Below are positions 37,204 through 46,685 of a stretch of 64,000 bases of DNA, piece by piece. The notes under the pieces are model-generated. The model was not told the DNA's origin and searched no databases. It saw nothing but the letters and a program-made list of their open reading frames with translations. Made by a program: the position numbers and the translations under genes. This stretch comes from Candidatus Spongiisociaceae bacterium (lineage in GTDB: Bacteria; Actinomycetota; Acidimicrobiia; Spongiisociales; Spongiisociaceae), in contig CBDCOH010000002.1 in assembly GCA_965219685.1 (NCBI GenBank), forward strand, positions 2,880,001-2,944,000. Direction: 5' to 3'. Each line of letters starts with the position of its first letter. Positions within the stretch are counted from its first letter, which is position 1.

Positions 37204-38215
37204 GTATCTCCTCGGCTCGATGGCAGGCGACGCGCCCGGCATATGTCTCGACCGTCCTGAGAAGGGGCATCTCCGCCCGGCACTGCTCAGTCGCGTGGGA
37301 ACACCGGGGGTTGAACGCACAGCCCGGCACCACCTGGATAAGGCTCGGTGGTGACCCGCGGATCGGTTGCAGGCGCAAATGGGGTCCCCGGAGCCGCGGC
37401 ACCGACTCGAGGAGACCCAGCGCGTACGGATGGGCTGGTGCCGCGTAGAAGTCGCTCGCCGGTCGGGTCTCCACCGTCCGGCCTGCGTACATGAGGTGCA
37501 CCCGATCCGCGACTGACGCGACCACACCGAGGTCGTGGGTGATCAGGATGAGTCCCATGTTGTTCTCGGCTTGGAGCCCGGCCAGCAACTCCATGATCTG
37601 GGCCTGCACGGTGACGTCGAGGGCGGTGGTCGGCTCATCGGCGATGAGCACCTTCGGCTCCAGTGCCAGGGCCATCGCGATCATGACGCGCTGCCGCATC
37701 CCCCCGGAGAACTGGTGCGGGTAGTGGTCGGCCCGGCGGTGCGGGTCGGGGATGCCAACCCGATCCATCAACTCGATGGCGCGCCGCCGCGCGGGACGGC
37801 GGGCCATACCGCGATGAGCCCTGAACATCTCCCCGATCTGGTGGGCCACCGTGAACACCGGATTCAACGACGTGAGCGGGTCCTGGAAGATCATTGCCAT
37901 CTCCTCGCCTCGGACCCGGCGCCGTTCCCTGGCTGTGAGTCGGTGCAGATCCCGGTTCAGGAAACGGATCCGATCCGACGTGACCACCCCCGGCGGCGCG
38001 GGAACGATGCCCATGACCGCGAGGGCGGTAACCGTCTTGCCGCTGCCCGACTCACCGATCAGCGCAAGCGTCTCCCCTGCCGTGAGACGTAGGGACACAT
38101 CGGAAACAGCCCGGACGACACGGCCGCCGGTGACGAACCGAACGCTCAGCCCGTCCACTTCGAGCAACGTGTCGCCGACCGTGGGGCGGTCGCCCTCGGC
38201 GCGGATCCCCGACAC
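37196..38215 (-). CDS. oligopeptide/dipeptide ABC transporter ATP-binding protein (OppD-like)
   Basis: GESGSGKT, FSGGMRQR, DEPTTALDV, THDL. Confidence 0.92.
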   Translation of the reverse strand: MSGIRAEGDRPTVGDTLLEVDGLSVRFVTGGRVVRAVSDVSLRLTAGETLALIGESGSGKTVTALAVMGIVPAPPGVVTSDRIRFLNRDLHRLTARERRRVRGEEMAMIFQDPLTSLNPVFTVAHQIGEMFRAHRGMARRPARRRAIELMDRVGIPDPHRRADHYPHQFSGGMRQRVMIAMALALEPKVLIADEPTTALDVTVQAQIMELLAGLQAENNMGLILITHDLGVVASVADRVHLMYAGRTVETRPASDFYAAPAHPYALGLLESVPRLRGPHLRLQPIRGSPPSLIQVVPGCAFNPRCSHATEQCRAEMPLLRTVETYAGRVACHRAEEIHG

Positions 38216-38550
38216 CTCCCCGCTGTCTTGCTGATCGATTCCTACGTTTGCTACTGACCGGAAAGCGTATCACGGCGGTCCCGTGCAGCCTCTGAGATCG
38301 ACTTGTCACCTCAGACGATATTTTCCGTCCAATTTCGGAACTTCTCGTTTGACCTCCCGGTAGAGTCAGGATGGCTAGACCGGCACCTGGAGAAGCCTTG
38401 GAAGTGTGTGCGCGGTCCCTGGAAGAGGAAACAACGACAACCCGGTGGCACGGATGATTCCCGCCGGCCCTCGGGGCAGCCGACATCGCACGCTCCTCCT
38501 TCGACGACCAGTGATTCCTTTGGGACGTTGAGCAAGCGATGGGAGACAGC

Positions 38551-40320
38551 ATGTACAGGAAGGCACTCAAGTTCCGTTGGGTGGCCGTTATCGCGGCGCT
38601 GACCCTGATCGCGGCGGCGTGTGGAGAGGACGCCGAACCGGCACCTCCGACCGCCGCTCCGGCAACTGCAGCACCAACCACCGCGGCGCCCACAACCGCC
38701 GCACCGACGACCGCGGCGCCTACAACCGCCGCACCGACAACGGCGGCGGCGACCGAGACACCGACCACCACCGAGGCACCACCACCGCCTACCAAGCCAC
38801 CCACCACCACTACGGAGCCCGGGACGGAGATACGCAGGGGCGGGTCGCTCGACACCTTCACCTACGGAGACCCCGGGGGCTTCGATCTGCACATGATCTA
38901 CTCCAGGTCAGGCCATTACGCGGTGCCTGTGTTCAACAATCTCGTGACGTTCAGCCTGCTCGAAGCCGATGCATCCGTGGAGAACCTGGTGGGTGACCTG
39001 GCGACATCCTGGACGGTGAGCGATGACGGTCTGGAGTACGTCTTCACGCTCGCGGAGGGCGTGACCTGGCACGACGGCGAGGCCTTCGACGCGGACGACG
39101 TCGTCTACAGCCTCACCAAACTTGCCGATCCCGAACGCAGCGCCCTTGCCAGCACTTTTGCGGCTTTCGAGCGTGCGGAGCAGGTCGACAGCCACACGGT
39201 GAGGGTGACGCTAGGTGCGCCTTCGCCCAGCTTCCTGCTGCAGCTCGGCGGGCCCTATGCGGTCATGCAGGCGGAGCATCTGGCCGGAACTGACGGGAAA
39301 TCCACCGACTTCCTGGTCGGCACCGGTCCGTGGCTCTTCAAGAACTACCAGGAAGGGGTAAGTCTTGAGTTCGAGCGCAACCCCAACTACTTCAAGCAGG
39401 GCTTGCCCTATATCGATACCTATACCCGGTTCATCCTCGGGGACGGTGTCGAACCGTTCCTGAGCGGGCGGCTCGACATCTCCCAGGCGAACACGCTCGA
39501 TGAGATCGACCAGATCAAGGACGCGATCCCCGGCGCACAGTTCTATCCGGAGACGACACCGTCGACCGAACTCCAGTGGTTCAACATGAACCTTGCCCCA
39601 ACCGACGACATTCGCGTGCGGAGGGCCATCAGCCTGGTGATGGAACCCGAGGAACTGGCGACGGCGCGGCTCGGATCGCTCGAAGTGGTCCATCCGGGCG
39701 GGATCTTCGGGCCCGGCTGGGCGCTGTCGGCCCAAGAGCGGAACACGCTGTCGGGTATGGCCCGTTCCTTCGAAGAGCGTCTCGCCGAAGCCCAGCAGTT
39801 GATCGCCGATGCCGGCCTCGCCGACGGATTCACCCTCAAGCTGCTGTTCCCGACCGGGGCGGGTGGTATCTATGAACGCACCTTCGCCGTCATTGCCGAC
39901 CGTCTGCAGAGATACCTTCCCGTGACGGTGGAGAGCATCGCCCTGCCGCGCGCCGAGATGCGGGAGCGCCGGGCGTCTGGGGACTGGCACATCGCGTCGG
40001 AGTTCGTGTACGAACTCCTCGGGGATCCTCAGGGCTGGGCCGGGTACTTCACGACCACCGGGGTGAGCAACTTCACCGGGTACTCGAACCCGGTGATAGA
40101 CAACCTGTTCAGAGAGCAGGCCCAGGCCCTCGATCCGGCGGAACGCGCCCGGCTCGTTCAGGAGATCGAACGCCTCCTCGTGGTGGATCAACCGGTCATG
40201 CCATGGGGGGACTTCTACACGACGTGGAGGGTGTGGCAGCCCAACGTGATGAACAACCTGTGGAACAACACCCTCTACGGACCCCAGTGGAGGGCTGAGG
40301 AAGTCTGGATCGACGAATAG
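38551..40320 (+). CDS. ABC transporter substrate-binding lipoprotein, family 5
   Basis: lipobox AAAC, LA.SW.VS.DG..Y.F.L..GV.WHDG, GTGPW, RNPNY. Confidence 0.9.
   Translation: MYRKALKFRWVAVIAALTLIAAACGEDAEPAPPTAAPATAAPTTAAPTTAAPTTAAPTTAAPTTAAATETPTTTEAPPPPTKPPTTTTEPGTEIRRGGSLDTFTYGDPGGFDLHMIYSRSGHYAVPVFNNLVTFSLLEADASVENLVGDLATSWTVSDDGLEYVFTLAEGVTWHDGEAFDADDVVYSLTKLADPERSALASTFAAFERAEQVDSHTVRVTLGAPSPSFLLQLGGPYAVMQAEHLAGTDGKSTDFLVGTGPWLFKNYQEGVSLEFERNPNYFKQGLPYIDTYTRFILGDGVEPFLSGRLDISQANTLDEIDQIKDAIPGAQFYPETTPSTELQWFNMNLAPTDDIRVRRAISLVMEPEELATARLGSLEVVHPGGIFGPGWALSAQERNTLSGMARSFEERLAEAQQLIADAGLADGFTLKLLFPTGAGGIYERTFAVIADRLQRYLPVTVESIALPRAEMRERRASGDWHIASEFVYELLGDPQGWAGYFTTTGVSNFTGYSNPVIDNLFREQAQALDPAERARLVQEIERLLVVDQPVMPWGDFYTTWRVWQPNVMNNLWNNTLYGPQWRAEEVWIDE
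38641..38750 (+). repeat. coding 15-nt repeat encoding an (APTTA)n linker
   Basis: APPTAAPATAAPTTAAPTTAAPTTAAPTTAAPTTA in the SBP N-terminus. Confidence 0.85.
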
Positions 40321-40384
40321 CCGGACCTAGCGGTCACCGGCCGAGGCAGACGAACACCGCTCCCGCGGATAGCGTTGGGGTCTG

Positions 40385-41347
40385 ATGCAGGGATACATCC
40401 TCAAGAGGCTGTTGTGGGCGATCCCCACTTTCTTCCTGGCGATCACGGCGGTTTTCTTCGTGATGAACATCCTCCCGGGCGATATAGCCGAGGTCATCAT
40501 CGGCGAAGAGACGGGCGTCGTCGATCCCGAACGCTACGAGGCTCTCCGCGAAGAACTCGGCCTCAACGATCCGGTGATCGAGAGGTACGCGTCGTGGATG
40601 GGGGGCGTGCTCAGGGGCGACCTCGGAGAATCCCTGTGGCGGGGCGAGTCTGTGACGTCGATGATCATCGGCAGGCTCCCCTACACCACCGGGCTGGTTC
40701 TGTTCGCCGTCATCATCAGCATCATCACGGCCATACCTGCCGGCGTCGTGTCCGCGGTCAGGAGGGACACCTGGGTGGACTACGGGCTCCGAGGAGGGGT
40801 GATAGCCGGGATCTCGATTCCTGACTTCTGGCTGGGGCTGTTGCTCCTGACCTGGGTGGTCAGCACTTTCCGCTGGTCACCTCCCCTTGTCTACGCAACC
40901 CTGTGGTCGGACCCATGGGTAGCCGTCCAGCAGTACATCCTTCCGTCACTCGTCCTCGGATTCCGCGCCTCGGCGGGCTCTGCGCGCATGATGCGCTCCG
41001 CAATGCTCGACGTGATGGAGGAGGACTACGTTCGCACCGCCCGGGCGAAGGGCCTGACCGAACGGGTAGTGCTGTTCGTCCACGCCTTGAGAAACGCGAC
41101 CCTGCCGGTGGTAACCCTCTTCGGCACGTCTGTGGCGTACCTGTTCGGGGGAACGGTGATAATCGAGACCGTATTCAACATCCCCGGACTCGGTCTGCTA
41201 CTCATCCAGGCGATAGAACGTCGGGACGTGATCCTTGTCCAAGGCGTAGTGGTCTTCGTGATGGTGGCTGTCCTGGTCACCAACCTCGCGGTGGACATCC
41301 TGTATGCGCGACTGGACCCTCGCATCAGCTACGAGGGCGCACGGTGA
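40385..41347 (+). CDS. ABC transporter permease (OppB-like)
   Basis: GDLG.S, DYVRTARAKGL, DILYARLDPRI. Confidence 0.92.
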   Translation: MQGYILKRLLWAIPTFFLAITAVFFVMNILPGDIAEVIIGEETGVVDPERYEALREELGLNDPVIERYASWMGGVLRGDLGESLWRGESVTSMIIGRLPYTTGLVLFAVIISIITAIPAGVVSAVRRDTWVDYGLRGGVIAGISIPDFWLGLLLLTWVVSTFRWSPPLVYATLWSDPWVAVQQYILPSLVLGFRASAGSARMMRSAMLDVMEEDYVRTARAKGLTERVVLFVHALRNATLPVVTLFGTSVAYLFGGTVIIETVFNIPGLGLLLIQAIERRDVILVQGVVVFVMVAVLVTNLAVDILYARLDPRISYEGAR

Positions 41348-42234
41348 CCGACCACCGATCGACCGGTTCCGCGTGGATCTCCCGTTCCCGCCGTCGCCGG
41401 AGTCGCCCCGTCCTGAGCTTCACCAGGGAACACCCGTTGGGCGCCGTCTCGGCCCTGATCCTGTTGGCGATGGTGGCCCTCGCCATCGTCGGGCCATGGA
41501 TCACACCTCTCGATCCGACCCAGACAGACATTCCCAACTTGCTGCAGCCCCCCTCGGCCGAGCATTGGCTGGGAACGGATGCAATAGGGCGTGACCTGGC
41601 ATCCAGACTCATGGCCGGAGCGCGTACCGCGGTCCTGGTCGGGCTCACGGCTGCATTCATAGGTACGTCCGCCGGGACGCTCATAGGCATCGTCAGCGGC
41701 TACGTGGGGCGTTGGGTCGACATCTTCCTCCAGCGTGTGATGGACGTGATGATGGCTCTTCCGTTCCTGATCCTGGCGGTTGCGGTGGTGGCGGTGATCG
41801 GATCGTCGATCACCAACGTGATCGCAGTGATCTCTTTTCTCCTCATCCCGCGGGCCAACCGTGTATCGCGTTCGATCACGCTGTCGGTCAGAGAGAGGGA
41901 GTACGTGGAGGGCGCCCGTGCTCTCGGGGCAGGGCCGCTCCGGATCATCTTCGCTCACGTCCTGCCGCAGACCATGTCGGCCTTCATCGTCGTTCTGACG
42001 CTGGCGGTCGGCCAGTCGATCCTCGCCGAAGCCAGCCTGGGCTTTCTCGGCTTGGGTCTCCCACCCCCCCATCCTTCGTGGGGCAGGGAGCTGCACGATG
42101 GCCAGGACTTCTTCCGGAACGCTCCCCACCTCGTCATCTATCCTGGAGTCCTGATCGCCCTCGCCGTATTCGCCGCCAACATCTTCGGAGACGCATTGCG
42201 GGACAAACTGGACCCTCGCTCCGGGTCATCATGA
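41344..42234 (+). CDS. ABC transporter permease (OppC-like)
   Basis: HWLGTD..GRD, YVEGARALGA, EASLGFLGLG, GDALRD.LDPR. Confidence 0.92.
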   Translation: MTDHRSTGSAWISRSRRRRSRPVLSFTREHPLGAVSALILLAMVALAIVGPWITPLDPTQTDIPNLLQPPSAEHWLGTDAIGRDLASRLMAGARTAVLVGLTAAFIGTSAGTLIGIVSGYVGRWVDIFLQRVMDVMMALPFLILAVAVVAVIGSSITNVIAVISFLLIPRANRVSRSITLSVREREYVEGARALGAGPLRIIFAHVLPQTMSAFIVVLTLAVGQSILAEASLGFLGLGLPPPHPSWGRELHDGQDFFRNAPHLVIYPGVLIALAVFAANIFGDALRDKLDPRSGSS

Positions 42235-42316
42235 AGACGCAACAGCAGCCCACCGCCCGTTCACGCGGCCCGGCGAAAGGCCGGAGACCACCCACATCCC
42301 GGAAGCGAGAAAAAGA

Positions 42317-43261
42317 ATGACCAGTACCGGCATCCTGATGTTCACTCGGGGCCTGCAGGGCCCGTCGGAGGCATCGGGAATCGTAGCCGATCTGGAGGCT
42401 TCCGGCGTGACGCACCTGTTCATCTCGGAAGCAGGCAACGATGCGATGACCACGGCCGCGGCCATGGCTCTGAGCACCCGTCGGGCCACGATCGGTACCG
42501 GGATCGCGAACATCTATCTCCGGCATCCGTACGAGCTGGCCATGGCGGCCGCCGCCATCGACGACCTGGCGCAGGGACGCTTCGTTCTGGGTATCGGGAC
42601 CGCCCACCAGATCACCAACGTCTCGGGGCTCGGTCTCGACATGACCCGGGCATTCTCAACGATGCGCGACTATCTGGCGGCCCTGGAGGGAACCCTCGGG
42701 GCCGGGCGATCTCCTGCCGACGTGACAACCGACCGGTACCGGATCGTGGGACCGAGAGTGGCGTGGAACACGGATCGACACATACCGATCATGCTGGGTG
42801 CGATCGGGGATCGCATGCTGCGCCTTGCGGCCCTGTCCGCCGACGGGGTGATCCTGAGCCTCGCCACGTTGGAGCAGATCCGCCGTGCCCGAACCCTGCT
42901 CGATGCGACCGCCGAGATAGCGGGCCGCGATCCCGCGGAGATCCGGATATACGCGGTGATCAACACCTGCTTGCAGCCGACCCGACAGGAAGCCCGGACG
43001 TTCCTGCGACAGAGCCTCACCGGCTATTTCAGCTTGCCGTTCTACGAACGGTCGCTGCGCCGGGGGGGCATCGAGGTGGTGGACGGAAAGGTTCCCGCCC
43101 GGGCAGTGGACCGGCTTGCCCTGGCCGGCCCGGCGGAGTGGGCCCGTTCCCACCTGGAGGAGTTCCGGTCCGCCGGAGTGGACGTCCCGCTGCTGGCGCC
43201 TACCTGGTCGAATCCCGACACACGGGCGGAGTATCTGGCGCTGGCCGAACTCGTAACGTGA
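42317..43261 (+). CDS. LLM class flavin-dependent (probably F420) oxidoreductase
   Basis: IGTGIANIY.RHP, GRFVLGIG, IPIMLGA.G..ML.LA...ADG. Confidence 0.85.
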   Translation: MTSTGILMFTRGLQGPSEASGIVADLEASGVTHLFISEAGNDAMTTAAAMALSTRRATIGTGIANIYLRHPYELAMAAAAIDDLAQGRFVLGIGTAHQITNVSGLGLDMTRAFSTMRDYLAALEGTLGAGRSPADVTTDRYRIVGPRVAWNTDRHIPIMLGAIGDRMLRLAALSADGVILSLATLEQIRRARTLLDATAEIAGRDPAEIRIYAVINTCLQPTRQEARTFLRQSLTGYFSLPFYERSLRRGGIEVVDGKVPARAVDRLALAGPAEWARSHLEEFRSAGVDVPLLAPTWSNPDTRAEYLALAELVT

Positions 43262-43286
43262 GGCGCCCACCCGGGAAGAAGAACGG

Positions 43287-44699
43287 ATGAGCGACGTCCT
43301 GCTCACCGACGCGTTGGTGCTCACCATGGACCACGCACGGACCGCGTACAGGAACGGGTACGTATGGATGCGGGATGGATTGATCCAAGAGGTCGGCGCC
43401 ATGCCCGCTCCGGTCACGCTTCCGACCGGAGCGGAGATCCGATCCATGCAGGGCCGCCATCTCGTGATGCCGGGCCTGGTCAACGCCCACAACCACATCT
43501 CTAACAACGTGGTGAGAGGAACGTTCGACGAGGGCTCGCGGGAGGACTACGGAACACGGATGTTCGCGGCTCTGCGAGCCCTCGACGGGGGTGCCTCCTA
43601 CGCCGGGGCCCTCAGTTCCCTGGCAGAGCAGCTCCGCGGCGGCGTTACCACAACCCAGGCGGGCGAGTTCGGTCATGTGGACAGACCGGCGGGCGTCCTG
43701 CGGGCCATCGAAGACTCCGGGCAGCGCGCCGTCTTCTCACTCGCGGTGATGGACAGCGCGGACGAGACGGTCGATTCCCAGACCGTACCGCAGGAGTTCC
43801 GTGAGACACCTTCTGAAGCCGTTGAACGCCTCGATTCGCTGGAAAACCGGTTCGGTTCGGCCCTCGTCACCGTCGCCCCCGAGGTGCTGTCGCCGATGCG
43901 CTGCACCCCGGAGATGATCCGGACACTGCATGCATACTCCGTCCGGCGCGGCGTGCCGCTGTTCATGCATGTGGGCGCCGCCAGAGACGAGATGGAGGAG
44001 TCGCTCCGCCGTTACCGCTCGACCACCGTCGAGTTCCTCGAGAGCCTCGGCGTCCTCTCCCCCAGGACCGTGTTGGCCCATGCCAACTACATCACCGAGG
44101 CGGAGAACGGTCTGCTGGCCCGGTATGGAACCGGGGTCGCCCACTGTCCCGTGGCCAACATCTGGGCGGGGGGGCGGATCCCGATGCTCGCCGAATGGCT
44201 GGAGGCCGGCGTCCGGGTGGGGCTGGGAACCGACGGGGCGACCAGCAACAACGGCCAGAACCTCTGGGAGACGGCAAAGATGGCGGTGCTGCTGCAGAAG
44301 TCCCGACTGGCTGACCGTACGTACGCGTCGGCCGAGCTTGGCCTCGAGCTGCTGACCATCGGAGGCGCCCGGGCCCTCCACATGGAGGACCGCATCGGTT
44401 CGCTCGAACCCGGCAAGCAGGCAGACGTGATCTGCATCGACATCGACCGGCCAACCCTCACGCCGAGCGCCACGGTCACGTCGAGTCTCGTCTACTCGCA
44501 CGACCGGGACGCCGTCCGCCACGTCTACGTCGGCGGAGTGGAGCTACTCCGTGACGGACGGCTGATCAGCCTGGATGTGGCAGCAGTAGTAGACCTCGTC
44601 GAACGGGAGGCCCGCCGGGTCCTCTCCGCACCGGGCGTCGGCCGGGGTTTCGCCGAGCGTTCGAGGATCCTTTGGGTGGCAGGGGAAGAGTCGGGGTAG
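43287..44699 (+). CDS. amidohydrolase family protein (Atz/Trz-SsnA-like)
   Basis: PGLVNAHNH, MH, LAH, HCP.AN, LGTDG, IGSLEPGKQAD. Confidence 0.9.
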   Translation: MSDVLLTDALVLTMDHARTAYRNGYVWMRDGLIQEVGAMPAPVTLPTGAEIRSMQGRHLVMPGLVNAHNHISNNVVRGTFDEGSREDYGTRMFAALRALDGGASYAGALSSLAEQLRGGVTTTQAGEFGHVDRPAGVLRAIEDSGQRAVFSLAVMDSADETVDSQTVPQEFRETPSEAVERLDSLENRFGSALVTVAPEVLSPMRCTPEMIRTLHAYSVRRGVPLFMHVGAARDEMEESLRRYRSTTVEFLESLGVLSPRTVLAHANYITEAENGLLARYGTGVAHCPVANIWAGGRIPMLAEWLEAGVRVGLGTDGATSNNGQNLWETAKMAVLLQKSRLADRTYASAELGLELLTIGGARALHMEDRIGSLEPGKQADVICIDIDRPTLTPSATVTSSLVYSHDRDAVRHVYVGGVELLRDGRLISLDVAAVVDLVEREARRVLSAPGVGRGFAERSRILWVAGEESG

Positions 44700-44867
44700 C
44701 CGGACCGGGATGGACCTTCCGGTATTCCGAGCGGACTCTCCGATCCGCGAGTCGCCGGTATCGGGTTCCGTACCGGCTCCGGACCGAGTGTCTCCTAGTC
44801 GCCGAACGCTACGGCCTGGTTCGGGGTCGGCAACCGGCCTTGCGGGTGAGGTTGGACCTCGCCATCT

Positions 44868-45671
44868 TCAGTTCCGTCCGAGGAAGTCGAGCACCATCGA
44901 TGCGAACCCCTCCGGATCCTCAGCGCCGGGGAAGTTGCCGTAACCTTCTTCGATGCTCGTGTCCCAGGAAGGGAACAGCCTGGCGGTGGCCTCCAGCTCT
45001 TCGACGTAGTAGTGGTCGTGTCGGCCGGCAGTCAGCAGCACCGAGTCGCCGATCAGTCGCATCCGGTCCTGGATCCTGGGTAGGTAGCGGGGTACCATGG
45101 TCGGGAATTGGGGCCGGTTCTTGCTCGCTAGCGCAAGGACGACGGTAGGCAACACCTGTTCGGTTCGCGCATCCGGCAGCGACCATGCCTTATTCCCGTC
45201 CCAGATGTTGGTGAGAACCTGCCGCCCGTCCACCGGAACCTCAGGTTTTGGAGCCGCGGCCACTCTCGCTCTGGAGGCGGCCCGCCTGGCCTCGAAACGC
45301 TCGAACCACGCAGCGCAGCCGTTGAGCACGATCTTGTCGATGCGGCCAGGATCCATCGCAGCTACTTCGACCGCCGTAATGGCGCCGTCGTGGTGGCCCA
45401 CCAAGCTCGTCCGGTTGATTTCGAGTCGGTCGAGGAGCACCATCATGGCGCGCGCAAAGTCCTCTATCTCGTACTCCCGGTCAGGGTCGTAACTGTTACC
45501 GCGGCCTGGCATGTCCCATGCGACTACCCGGTAGCGTTCGGCGAGAACCGGAACGACGAGGTCGAACTCGGCTGATGAAGTAGGGGACTGGTGGAAGAGA
45601 ACCACCGGGTCGCCATCTCCTTCGGACCAGTAATGGATCTGTCCTCCGGGCGAATCAACGTAGCCGCGCAA
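44868..45671 (-). CDS. alpha/beta fold hydrolase, non-canonical nucleophile motif
   Basis: GYVD...GQIHY, HQSP.SS, D.PG.G.S, GHHDGA; TTG start after GAGGAG. Confidence 0.8.
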   Translation of the reverse strand: MRGYVDSPGGQIHYWSEGDGDPVVLFHQSPTSSAEFDLVVPVLAERYRVVAWDMPGRGNSYDPDREYEIEDFARAMMVLLDRLEINRTSLVGHHDGAITAVEVAAMDPGRIDKIVLNGCAAWFERFEARRAASRARVAAAPKPEVPVDGRQVLTNIWDGNKAWSLPDARTEQVLPTVVLALASKNRPQFPTMVPRYLPRIQDRMRLIGDSVLLTAGRHDHYYVEELEATARLFPSWDTSIEEGYGNFPGAEDPEGFASMVLDFLGRN

Positions 45672-45739
45672 GCGCCGGTTCTCTCCTCTCGGTGCGGCCG
45701 GCTCTATCGGTCGACGGATCGTGCGGGGGCCTTCACCGC

Positions 45740-46105
45740 CTATCCGTCCGCCGACATCGAGTCCACGGTGTAGCCGGCCTTCTCCACAGCCGCGACGATC
45801 CCATCCGTAGAGGCGTCGCCCGAGAGCGAGAGCCGCGCCTGCTTGGATGGAAAATCCACCACCGCGCTCTTCACGCCGGGCTGGTCTGACAAGACTCCCT
45901 CGATTCGTGCGGCGCACGACCCACATGTCATGCCCCCGACCTCGAATACCAAGCTGCGCTTGCCGGTATCTCTGCGCAATCGGCTCCTGAGACTTCGCAC
46001 GGCGTACCTCCCCTGACTCTGGCCTGTAGCAGCGTGTCCGGTGTCCGCAGCCGACTTACCGCCAGCCGTATTGGCACCGCTCGCGCACAGGTGCGGATCG
46101 GACAC
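45740..46105 (-). CDS. heavy-metal-associated (CopZ-like) domain protein
   Basis: GMTCGSC..RIE.VL...PGV, AVEKAGY; start uncertain. Confidence 0.75.
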   Translation of the reverse strand: MSDPHLCASGANTAGGKSAADTGHAATGQSQGRYAVRSLRSRLRRDTGKRSLVFEVGGMTCGSCAARIEGVLSDQPGVKSAVVDFPSKQARLSLSGDASTDGIVAAVEKAGYTVDSMSADG

Positions 46106-46289
46106 TATTATCGCACGGCAGGCCGGCTAGACGGCAGAGGACGGGGCACTTCGGTCCCGGCTCTCACGGATCCACTCCTACCGGCCGCCTACCCTGCTGT
46201 AAGGCCCATGTAGATTTGCGGAACGTTGTACGAGATACAATAACCGCGAAAAATACCCTGATACAGATGAACTATTCACGGATGGATCA

Positions 46290-46315
46290 GGAACAAGAAG
46301 CGACTCCACGGTGTT
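46290..46315 (+). promoter_or_regulatory. ECF sigma promoter GGAAC-N18-GTT
   Basis: GGAACAAGAAGCGACTCCACGGTGTT; matches the whiB site. Confidence 0.55.
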
Positions 46316-46344
46316 ATACGGGTTAGTAACCGAAAGGGGTACTC

Positions 46345-46542
46345 GTGGTTGAATCACTCGGGGGCTCTCGCCTACGCGGACGCGTCCGACCGTCGCGCGC
46401 GTACGCGTCCGGCAGGGTCTGCAAGAAGCAGGACTGCTCGACGAAGATCTCCATCTACAACCGCCGGGAGTACTGCAACGCCCACGCTCCCGTGAACTTC
46501 CCCAGGGTACGAGGCCACATCATCGCGGACACCGGAAGGTAG
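46345..46542 (+). CDS. small basic protein with C-x4-C...C-x2-H putative zinc site
   Basis: GAAAGGGG RBS; GRVCKKQDC.T.ISIYN...YC.AH; own promoter and downstream hairpin. Confidence 0.7.
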   Translation: MVESLGGSRLRGRVRPSRAYASGRVCKKQDCSTKISIYNRREYCNAHAPVNFPRVRGHIIADTGR

Positions 46543-46560
46543 AACGACCGACCGTCAGCG

Positions 46561-46604
46561 CTTAGCCTGCGGAGGGGGTGCCTAGCGACCCTCCGCAGGC
46601 TAAG
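46561..46604. terminator. 16-bp hairpin between convergent genes
   Basis: CTTAGCCTGCGGAGGG / CCCTCCGCAGGCTAAG perfect inverted repeat. Confidence 0.75.
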
Positions 46605-46685
46605 CCAGGGGCCAGCGGCCCGCACGCTGCGCCTCGGGCTGGACGCCAACCTCAACAGCATCAGTCCCCCCAAATTGCGAATTGC

